Positions 48,001-60,000 of a DNA stretch of 64,000 bases are shown piece after piece; within the stretch, counting starts at the first letter, position 1; each line of letters begins with the position of its first letter. Under the pieces are notes generated by a model, which was given only the letters and a program-made list of their open reading frames with translations, did not search any database and was not told the origin of the DNA. Both the position numbers and the translations under genes were made by a program. This DNA is from Candidatus Omnitrophota bacterium (GTDB lineage: Bacteria; Omnitrophota; Gorgyraeia; JAHJTE01): positions 6,736-70,735 of the forward strand of contig JBFMEB010000008.1 of NCBI GenBank assembly GCA_040753675.1, given 5' to 3'.

Positions 48001-51000
48001 GAAATTGCCAGAATTTAATTCTGATGAAATGCAAGATATTATTTATGGAGTTTTAGCAGTTTTGAAAGACTCTTCTCTTAAATTAAATGTTATCGGATGG
48101 CAATACGGTATACCTGTAGTTTTCGTTGCTTCAGATTCTCAAGCCAGTATTGATCTAGTTACTACTTCATCTGAAGAAGTCATGCCACTCTCAGAACCCA
48201 CAAGAGCACCCAAGCCACCTTCTCAAACTAAAACAAGAAGGAAAAATGCCAGAAGAGTCAAAAGGCAAAAGGGAGACAAGTCGGCACAAAGAGAGGAGAC
48301 GAAGGTTGAAAAGAGTAAGCCTCAAAGATCTGAAACAGGAACAGATAGTCAACTTCTTAAACAACTTGTCGATGCAGTAAGGCACAATAAAGCCCAGATT
48401 GAGACGATTATAAGCAATTGGTTTGCCTATAAACTTAGTGAAGATGAAATTCGCAGAGTTGTTTGTGCAATTTCCAGACTTCATAAACATCAAAAGTTAC
48501 GCGATTCGGATATTAGGCGAGAGATTAGGGAAATATTAAAAGAAGCTGGAATTGAATTTGAACAAGTCAGTTCCAGCCCTAAAGCCTATCCTTTCCCAGG
48601 AACAATTTTAACTGTCTTAAGCGCTTCTTCCGGTGGCCTGCCTGCAGAAATCATTTATCTGGGTCTATTCTTAGATTTATTAATCCTCGCCGGATTAAGC
48701 GGATTATTTTTTGCTCACTTCTTGAGAAACTTTATAAAGTTTCTTATTACGCGCCTGTCCGCCAACGCTTTGTGGCGGAGATTAGCGCGGATAAGAACAG
48801 GAGGATTTGCGCAGATTAAAGAAAACAGATTGGCACAGATAACATTCGTGACTGTAGCGGCTTTGATTTTATTGATGGCTTCAATTGCCAATGCCCAGGC
48901 TCCAAGCAATGAATCAGACGTTCTAGCAGTTGCTTCAAATTCAGGATTTATTAGCAAGTTTTTCACACAAGAAAATATTGTTTGGTTGGCAATTAGCGCA
49001 ATAGTTGGCATAGCTGTTGGGGGATTCTTAAATATAGTGATGAGAATTTTTAAACGGTCAGTTAATGCTTATGTAAATGTTATAATATTTATTATTTGCA
49101 CTTCTGCTTTTTATTCAGGTTTTATTAACACTACTTACAAGTTAGACTTAGGGGCATATAGTGGTTTAGCCATAGCTACGATATTTGTTTTGATTTTTGG
49201 AATTAGGTTTATTAAAGTTGAGATTCCGCCTTTTGTTAAAACTTTAGAGCGAGAAATAAAAGATGGTTTTCTTGAAGGTATAGATTCTATTATAGCCGGC
49301 GTAGAAAGTGCACAAGTGCACAAGGAAAAAAGAACTACTTTTCTAACAGCCAGGAAGTTACCGGATTGGCAGGTAAATGGTCTAATCGGAAAACTTATGC
49401 ATAGCGTAGGCATAGCAGCATTTGCTGCCTGGAGACGGTCCGCAAAGAATTGTTCTCTTGCCAGCCGTTTGGGTAATGCCCAGGCGAACCAGGCTATGGC
49501 TGATTCTCTCGATGCTTTAAATATTTGCATTGCCACACAAACTGAGGAAGGAATAAGGAGGGGGCAGGAAACAATGCCAATAGGAATTTATGGTCTCAGG
49601 CGTTTATTTAATCCTACTGCAAGTCCGGATGTAACAGCTGTAATTGATCCAGTTGATTGCCGTCAGGGCCTGGGTAGAAGCTCATATATTGACCCCATAT
49701 CTGTTGCCTCGTTTGATATTACTAAACGATTTGGTTTTAAACTTAAGAGTGCGCCTAAATTTCCGGATATTGTATTTATGAACAGGATCTTTGCCCCTGA
49801 AGGAATTGACGTCGATATAGATGATATAGATTATAGTCTTAGCAGAGTTGCAGCAGAGGTCTCTAAATCGACCCATAATTTGGAAGATTTGTCGCCAAGG
49901 AAGTTGTTCGGGTTAAAAGTAGCGATTCTTTTGAGAACAAGACATCATGATTACATCAACACATTACTTACTCGCCTTGGCATTAGGTACGAAGATATTC
50001 CGCAAGAATACAGAGATTATTTTAGCAAAGATTATAATAATGGTTTGGCTCATATAGATATAGCCTCTATTGGACTTTTAAGAGAAAAGCTCGATAATAG
50101 AGAAGGCGAGTTAATCTTAAATAATGCACAGGACGGCCGTCTCATACTTTTTAACGATGGCGATGTCCAGAAAGGCAAAGAATTATTGGATGGAAGAATT
50201 CATATTCTTCTGGGTGCGGGTGGCACTACAGAGACATACATTATTTTGAGGATGGCTCAAGGCAGGATTTCTTTTTCCGGCAGGTTAGTCTCTGGTCATA
50301 AGACGACTCTTTCTTTTCCTTTGGCTCAGGTCAATTCCGCAGAGGCAAGGAGATTTACCCAGGGGGAAGCTAAGGATTTGAGTGAGAGAAAGATAAATCC
50401 AGCTAAAAAATACACTGTCAGAGATTTAACTGTTGGCCCATACAATATTACGGTTTCTGTTGCCATAAGGCATATCGAGATATCAGATGATGGCGAGTTT
50501 ATTAGTATCCCCTATTTAGTTTCTTCTCCTTTAGGGCGTTTCAGTATAATAGTAAAATATAGGACTAAATTGTATGATTTAAATAAAACCTTCAAGAGGT
50601 TAAGTTCCAGAGCGACTGACTTCGAAGGAGAAAGCCAAATAATTGATATTGCCAAGCTCTACGCAGAGCTTAGATTGTATGAAAGGGCTGATGCAATATT
50701 TTCCATCTTAGCGCCAGATGGGGATAAGCAACAATGGCAAAAATATTATGATGTTTTGAGATCAATTTTAACTGGCGATGACGTCAGCCTGCCTCTCGCA
50801 GAGTCTAAATTAAGCCATATAAGGAATGTAAATAGCGAAGCTGCCAGATTGTTTGAGTTGGTAAGAACTGCCGGCAAAAAATTGCCCAAAGATGAGAAGA
50901 GGCAATCTCTTGTTTCACTTGCCGGTAGTGCTATACGTTCCAGAGGGTCGCTAAGAGATGAGCGTTTAGATAGACTCTATGGACAGCTAAAAGAAACAGA

Positions 51001-54000
51001 CGACAGAGAGTTTCTGATATATTTCTTGAGGCTTGTAGCTGGTATGACAATAAGGTCTGATAGCTATTCCTTGGCAATGATGTCTAGAATATTGTCTTTA
51101 GCGCTTTTAAACAAACATTTTAGCTTAGATGTCGTCTCTGAAATTAGCCGCCTCGCCAGACAAAGTTCTACTTCGCCTACCTTTAAGAGAAAAGCCAAAG
51201 ACCGCCTCGTGCCTTTAAGAGAGAAAAAACTATCAGATTTAGACACTGATTTTATTATTTCTTTGCCAAAACATAAGTTTGTCCGTGAGTTATTATCCTC
51301 AAAACTAAAGGGTAAGGATGGAAGAGATATTGAATCAATGGAGTTAAAAGTTGGTAGTTACCCTGATGGAGAAATATTCATAGTAGTTCCCGAGCCAGCG
51401 CGGATTAAGAACAAAAAGGTTTTATTTATCCAGAGAATAGGTAGTAATCAAGACCTTGTTGAGGCAATCTTCATTACTCGCAGCCTCCAGAGACAGTTTG
51501 GGGCAGCTAATATTACGACTATATTACAGGAAGAATTTTTGATTGAACAAAAATTATTAGATATATTGGGCCAGATTAGCAATATTTATGTAACCAAGGC
51601 AGAGTTATTCGACATCAAGGGAGAAGTTTGTTTGTTTGATGAAATCAGGCTTGAAGAATTTAGCCGGGTGGTCAGGCCGAATATTCTTAGTTCCTCAGTT
51701 AGTTTGCTAAAGGCTTTAGTAAAAAGGCTTGTTAAATTCTTCAGCAGTATAGCCCATCATCTCTTGAGGCCTTACCTAAGAAGGAAAGCGATTATCAGAA
51801 AGTTACTTGAAAGAATTAAGATTCCGATAAGAAGTATTGATGTCTTATTGTTTACTCCTGCCTATTTAGGATTAAAGAAAAGAGTTGCTACCTCTGAAAA
51901 ACTGCAGCGAGTTCAGACATGCGGTGTTAATGTTAGGACTTTAGATGAGGCTATTAAGGCCTATGTCAACATAAGCAGCCGCCAAGAGCTAAGAGGTAAG
52001 CGATGTCTTTTAATGCATTCGACTAAGACATTAAACGGTCTAGTCGAGTTATTATTAATCTTATCTGCTTTAGAAGAGGAAAAAGTAAAAAGCGTACAAT
52101 GTTTAATTCCTGGATTTGGTTATGCCAGGGGAGACAAAAACTTCCCACTTGACTCTGAGGAACAGATAGAATTTGGATTAGGACGAGAGGCGCGTAAAAT
52201 TGCAAGCGCTCCAGTTATATTAGAAATTATTGATTCATTTGCGAGCAGGATATTTACCTTCAATATCCATTTCTTAGACAGTGAAGGCGCCCACTTTTTT
52301 AAGGCAATCCCGGGTTTAATAATTCATAATTTGAATGCCTTTAAGAATATTGCTCAATACTTTATGGATAAATATAGATTAGACCCCAAAAATACTGTTT
52401 TAGTTTCCGGGGACAAGAAGGCATTCGGATATGTTCTGCCTGCTGCCAGGACCCTGGGCATATCCGCCGGTTTCATTAGAAAGACGCGCATCTCCTCTGA
52501 TGATGTCAGCGTAGAGGAATATGTTTTTGATGAAAGCGGACAAGTTTTAGACATAAAGGACAAGGATATCATATTCGTCGATGATATTATTTCTACAGGG
52601 GGGACTTTTGTAAGAGGCATACAGGATGTTTTAAAGAAGTTAGGCGCGAGCCGTATATTTGCCGGATGTATTGACGGCATATTCTCTGATAAGCATAAAT
52701 TAGCACTTATTTTAGCCGAGACAGTGGAGCTTGTTTCAACTGATACGATTATATCTGAATATTCCAAAGTTTCTGTAGCAGATATTATCGTTGATTTTCT
52801 TACCAGAGAACAGGATATACACCTAAAACCAAGGCCAGCGACCAGGAAGCCTTACACTACTAAATTTACAAATGTGGCTGGCTTTGTATTAATTCTTTTA
52901 TTTATATGGTGGCAGGTTTTAGGAGGCAGATTTGGTATCGCTGATTTTTGCGCGGTGGCTGCTGTTACGGCTTTAGATATCTCTGGAGACGATATTTTTA
53001 TAAGAACACAATTAGAAAGATTACGCAGGGAACTTGATTTGTGCAAAGAAAAAAGATTTAGGCATAATTTGTTAGCTGCCTTTGATTTAAAAGAAAGCTT
53101 ATCTAAAGCGCAAATTAAGGATTCTTCTTTGAGAAATGCAGTGCAATTAGAAATCAGGAGATTTGATCGTTACCTTGCTTTAGCGACATTAGACGCCGCT
53201 GTTCATGTTGATACTGTGCTACCCGCAGCTACGCAAACAGAAATATTGAGTTTATTCTTAGCTTATTTTGATAGGCAAGAAGTAGAATTTTATGCTGTGC
53301 CGTTTTCTTTTGAAAATCCGATTATCGGGGCACATATGTCGCATCATAAGGGCATTAGACTTTTTGAAATTGCTCTTGTTAGGTATGTATGTTTTCCAAG
53401 GATGAGCGTGCCTGTCGGTGCTAAACCCGGTGAAATTGTGCAGTTAAAAGGATCAGACTTACTTAAAACAGTGCCAGGCTCTGAGAGTATGCTCAAAGGC
53501 TCATTAGGAGGAGAAGTTTTTTCTATCGGCTCTAAATATGATTTACTTCGTTTTGATCCGCCCCAAAGAGAAGCTTTTTTAAACCGCAATCGTAGGTTGA
53601 GTGATGCCTCTGATAGAGAATTCAATTTATTAGTAATTGAGCAGATTGTCAATTTTGTGGATTTCTTGCTTGGTCCAGGACGCGAAGAAGGTGTGCATCC
53701 GGATAAACTATTTATTGTTCGCGGAGATATTAAGTCGATTTTTAGAGACAACGGTATAAACTTACCTCCCCAATATGATAATAATGAACTAACTGTCGGA
53801 GAATTCTCTGAGGCTGTTTATAGAAGTGGTTTGTTTAATAGGCAAGATGATGGGATGCTTCATTTTAACTCTTTCTACGTAGCAGGGTTAGGATTCAGTT
53901 CTATGTTTGGTTTGCCGATCGGTATAAAAGGATCCGGGGTATTACTTATAGCAGCAATTACATTTTTATGCTTAATCTTCCTTTTCAGACAGCAAATATT

Positions 54001-57000
54001 AAATTCGAAACTTGTTAGGTGCGCTCCCACCTGGCTTAGAAAAATTTTACAAAATGTTTCTGCTGGAAACCAAGTCTGTCCGGCCTTTATAGGTTCAGAG
54101 AATAATTCTTTTGTATTAGCGAATACAACAACACTTCACGCCGGAGCCAATACAATCTCTGCTGCGCCTTCTTTGGCATATCGAGATAATACAATATTTT
54201 ATGAGCAATTGGCCCGGCTCCTTAATGATAGAAGATTTATTTTGTTAAATCTTTGGATAAATGCTCATAGCGATCGTTCGCATCCGGTTATAGAGCCGAT
54301 TATAGAAAGAGAGATTGGTAGAATTACCAGAATTTCAGAGGATTGGGCTATTGGTAACTTCAAAGTAAGATTTGATTATATCTTCAGGACCAGCAGTAAT
54401 TATATAGTCTACAAGACCGCTGATAATACAGGGTTTGCAATACGCATCGTTGATAGAGATTTTAAGGATGATATAAATCCTCTCGTCCAGAGGGTTATTA
54501 ACTATGCCGGCAATGTTTTAAAAATTCAAGCTATTTGCCTTGATGATATATATGATAAATGGTTCCGGGACCACGGCTTTAGATTCGCTCCAAATAGAGG
54601 ATACTCGGAAAACGCCTTCTCCAATTCATTAAAGAATGGCACTCCTGTGTTTGTTAATGGTAGAGAATTTGTTGTTGAGAAAGTATTGGGTTATGGTTAT
54701 GAAGCCAAAGTTTTCAGAGTGCGGGCGCAAGATAATGGGGAAACTTTCGCGCTTAAAGTGGGTAGGATAAATTTAAAGGCAGAATATGATTATTGGGCTT
54801 CAGCTTATAGAGAATTTGAAAAAGACCCTGAAAATGTCTGCCGGTTTTTTGTTAAATATTATTCTTACGACCCTCGTTTAAATGCAATTCTGATGGAATA
54901 CGCAGAGGGAATTAATCTGCAAGAACTTATTTTGGGCTCGACAATAGAATTTAGAACTTCATCAAGCAGGGTTGTTAATGCTGTGATTGAAGCAATAGGC
55001 GCACTGGCATATATAAGAAGGAAATTTGGTATTTATCACGGCGATTTAATGTCTAGGCATATCATTGTAAGCGATAACGGCTTTAAGCTTGTTGACCCTA
55101 AATTGCCGGATGGCGTTACAAAAAATAGCCTGAAAGATATATTAAACATAGGTAATCTATTATATTTCATTATTACAGCTGATAAGAATATTCATCATCC
55201 AAATTATTTCCGACTTCGGAAACAAATCAGAGAGGGGAGATTGCCTGATGGTTCAGCCAATGAGCAATCTTGCTGGAGCGAATATTCTAAAAACCCCGCC
55301 CAAGCAGGACTTATTGCAGTAGCAAGAAAATGCTTGTTCGAAGAAAAACTATCTTACACATATGATACAGAAGTTTATGATGATTTAAAGAAATTGAAAA
55401 GAGCCGAGTCAGTTGATTTGATAAATATAAGCCAGCTTTCTCTTCAGGAGAGGGTTGTTACTATAAAACTTAGAAGAAAGCAGCCCGGCAGGCAAGATTA
55501 CTTCGTTGATAAACTTATCTTGGAAAGAATACGGGAAGATTTAATCTTAGGAGGTGTTGCTTCTAATCCCTGGTTAAGCGTTGAACTGGTAGATTCAAAC
55601 CTCTTGTCTAATATTGGAGAAGGAGCAGACATAGAAATAGTCCTCTCAATAAATGCTAATGATATTTTCAGCCAGAAAGCAACAAAACAGATATATGAAA
55701 CAATAGCTAAGCATTTAGAAGATATTGAGGGTTGGGAATTAATTTCAATATCAGAAGACGTCGTTTCATTAGCCCATAGATTGAATTTTCTAAATGATGG
55801 CAGCGGATTTTATTTTATGGGTAGAAATGGCAGCGCAGTTTTTTATCCTTATAATTCGCTTCCTGAAATTAGTAATCCGTTGCAAAATTTAAGCGATGTT
55901 AGAAATATCCTGATTATATGTAATGGCTATTTTGCCGCGGGCGATCAGCTTAATAATAGTCTGATTTTAAAAGGACTTCGTCAGCGTTATCCAGATGCTA
56001 AAATAGAAGTATATTCCAATTATCATAGCATTTGGGCTCAGGCAGCTGTGCCTATTCAATCTCTAAGCTTAAAAGAAAACTACGACCTCGTTATAAATCT
56101 TAATAGCCGTAGGTCTCTTAAATATATGAGCTTACAAGTGTCGGCAAGATACAGAGTAATCAGAACCAGGTCAAAACCGGGTCAGGGTGCATTAGAATAT
56201 ATTTTCATAAGAACTTCTGACAGCCAGTCAGAAATATTTAGACTGGCTATGCCCAAAGAGTTGCCCGCAGGCCGCCAAGATACAAATAGAATTGCTATTA
56301 GTGCTTTGGGCCTAAGTGTTCCTCGTAATCCAATTCAAGTCGTTAGCCCAGAAGACAGAGTGCAAGCAATTAATTTGCTTAAGAGCTTAAGGAGGGATAT
56401 CGGTAGTGATTTAATTATGGTTAGTCCCTTTACCAGCACAGCAATTAAAAATTGGCCGCTAAGTAATTGGGCGCAAATAATAAATTCTATTTTGCTTGAA
56501 TTTCCTAACGTTCATATCTTATTTAACTGTGTTGGTATTAAGAATAATTTCCCGGAATTTTTACAAGGCATTGCCCAAAAACACAGAGTATCGCTGTTAG
56601 AGCAATATCGCCTGGGAGTAATCGAGGAAATTATGAGACAATGTTGTCTCCATATCGGCGGGGATTCATTCCCTGCACATCTTGCATCAGCTTTAGGCAT
56701 AACTACTCTCACTCTTTATGGCCCGACTTCACCCTATGTTGATGCGCCGAGCGCTAACAACGCATTCTGGATAAGCTCGAAAAATCTTGCCGGCCATAAC
56801 TGTTGTAATTTTATGAAATTGCCCTTTGAAGGACATTCTTGTTCTACCAAAAGCTGTATAAGTTATATAAGCGCAAGTGAAGTTTTCACGGCAGTTAAAG
56901 CAATATTAAATGAGAGGCGTCAGATATTTAAAGAAGAAGGAAAGGCAGACTCTTTAATTACTGCTTTTATTGAGGCATCGGATGCCTTTATAATGACGCC

Positions 57001-60000
57001 ACAGGCAGATATAGAGGTAGCCTGGCAAAAATTAAAACAAGCATCTACTAACCTAATAAATATTATGAAGGCCGAATATGTAAATTTTGTTTTCGGCTTT
57101 TTTGATGAATTTGTAGCTGTTATAGAATCTATCCTTCAAGCAGGCAATGCTGACCAGGCTAAATTTCTATGGCGATCTTTTAATGCCCCGCGCTTTTTCT
57201 CAAATTACCCTAACAAAGAAACCCTCCTTAAATCAAATCGTAGTAACTCGTTACTATTATTAAATAAATTGCGACACAATACTTCTGATATAGTTGCTCA
57301 AAGGCAGGCAGCATCGTCATTATTAGAGTCAGCCCACCCAGCAAGAGAAGAGCTGAAAAGACTTTTTAGCCATCCGCGCTTTAGAGAAATTTTTAGCCGC
57401 CATATCAGTTATTTAATCTATCTAGAACGAGCTTACGAACAGGTAGTAACAGAATACATTTCAGAGAGAATTTCAGCTATGTTTGGTGAGGCAGTTATTT
57501 TAACGGATTCGCCTTTAGTTAGAATTAGATTTTCACAAGTAAGGAGCTTAGATTCCTGTATTTTTGATCCTTTAGTTGAAGATTTATTAAGCCCATCTGA
57601 AATTCGATGGATTACTGAAGAGGTTAGAAAATCTATTAAAGGACGCTTCGGCGATGCAGCTGGCCAATATTTCTTGGAAAATAACCAGGAAGATGCTCAG
57701 CTTGAGAGATTAGCTAGAGGGGCAAGTATCTACGAAGCGCTTTTTGAAGAATTTAAAGATTTAGAGAGGTTAATTGATGCCTTGTTGGAAAGGAGGGAAT
57801 TTACTGCCTCCTACATTGCGCGTCTTAAGTTGGTGGCAGAACTAAATGCCGATATTGCCGCAAGGGTTGTTCCTCTAAATGAAAGCAGATTACTCGAAGG
57901 CAGGCGAATAGCTAAAGTGCAAGAAGGTTTGCATGCCAGTTTAGATTTAGATTATCTAATTAATAGGGCAGTAGGAGAAGTCTTAAGACGCACATTGTCT
58001 GATGTAGAAGAGCAAGACATTGAAAGAGTATTATTAGAGACAGGCGGACCTTGTTTGGTTATTTTTAGGACAAGAGAATTCTTTTTAGATCCTAATGTGG
58101 CTAGTTCAAGAGCCTGGGGTTCGTTTATCCTTAGGGATAGCGAAGCTGGCAGGAGCGTTATTATTGATGAAGATAGAATCTTAGCGAGGATTTACCTTGA
58201 TGAGCCAGAATTAAGGAATGCTCTTGGGACCGCACAAGATAGAACAAAACAAGGACTTATCGAAGCAGTTTCTCAAGCATTCGCAGATAAAGTAGAGCGC
58301 GGCGTAATCGGGGACGACAAAGCGAGGTTCAGATTATTGACAGAAAACTTGGGAGATATCGATAGAGATCGAGTAAGTTTCTGTGGGACTTTTAAGGCAA
58401 TTATATTTGATTTAGGTGGAGTGATAAGACGCGTTGATTATTTTAAAGCCGCCCGCGGCTTTGCGCCATATAGCAGCCTGAACGAAGATGAGTTGATAGC
58501 TAAGCTTATAATTCTTGATACAAGAGAGTCTGCAGATAAGGGTGAGATATCATTGGCTGAATTTATAAGTGATGCTAAAGGTGAGTTACAATTAACCAAT
58601 ATCAGCGACCAAGAGTTTGTAAGAATTTATAACGATGTGTTTACTATCAATGAGGATATTGCAAACCTAATTGAAACTCTAAAGACATTAGGGTATAAAG
58701 TGGCAATCATTTCCAATAGCAGCCAAATCAGGCACCAACATATGCTTGATACAATACCCGTACTTTCAAAGATAGACGGATTGTTTTTATCTTATGAACT
58801 CAAAATGAGAAAGCCAGATACAGCTATTTATAGATATGCGTTAGAGCAGTTAGGAGTAAAACCCGAGGAAGCAGTTTTCTTCGATGATACAAAAGAAAAT
58901 GCCGATGTTGCTTCAAGCATAGGAATTTTTGGCTGCTGGGTTGACTATAAGCCCAGCGTGTATGTTAATGCCGCTTTGGAAGAATTAGGAATAATTAATC
59001 AGGATAAAAATTCAACCTTTAGGGAACTTTTAGGTAAAAATTGTGCAGTAAGAACAGTTTCTCAGATACTGGGAGAATCCGTAGAAGAAGTTGCGGATAA
59101 GACTATTAGAGGCGCAGTCAAAACAGGCCGGCCGTTAAATATATATGATTTTAGAGGCAACAAGGTTTCCCTGGCAAAAATTTTAAATGCCATATTTGGC
59201 GCATACCAAAATAAGCTCGTAGATATTAAAATTAAAAGATCCAATATCGTCCTACTTCCTTCTATCTTAAAAATTCTGCCTCCCTTTGCGCTGACTGCCG
59301 CAGTTTACTTTATGGCTGTTGTAGTTACTTCGCTTGGAGCCTTTAGTCTGGTTATCGCACTCTTTGGCATAATTGTCTCTCTTTGTTACGCGGCTTTTAT
59401 TATTGCTACGCTTGGTGAAATTGACCGGGTGGAGATTTTATTCCATGCAGCCCAATTAGGACGCTACAAGTCAATGGTAATTAAGAAATTGGACGATTCA
59501 TTGGAGTGGCATGCAGAAATTGGGCGCGAATGTTCATTTGTATGGAATCCTTCAACTCTTCTGTCTCGTTTAGTGATAGCGAAAAAAATCCCTGCGGAAA
59601 CTCTCGTTGGCGCGGAAGCTACGGAAGTGGAAACTGAACGTAGAGAAACCAGGTTAGCCGGCTTAAATAGTAATATGCAGCGTCAGGCGACAACAATCAG
59701 TTGGGGTATCCGGGCAAGGCGTAATAGTAATCTGGAAACATATCTGGAAGGATTTGATAATCATAGCGATGACATTGAGAATGCCAAAAGAGTTATGCTC
59801 AGCGCTGGGAGTGAAAGAAAACTATTAGTAGAATTAGGGAGCGGAAATACAGCTGTTGGCTTAGCAATAGCGCAAAGAAATAGCGGTATAGACGTCTTAA
59901 CTACAGATAAGTATTCGCTTGGCTTGCTTGAGTCCCCTGCCTATCTTGTATACGCGCAAGCTTGGAGCAGGAGAAGCTTAGCTGCGCAGTTGTCTACTTT

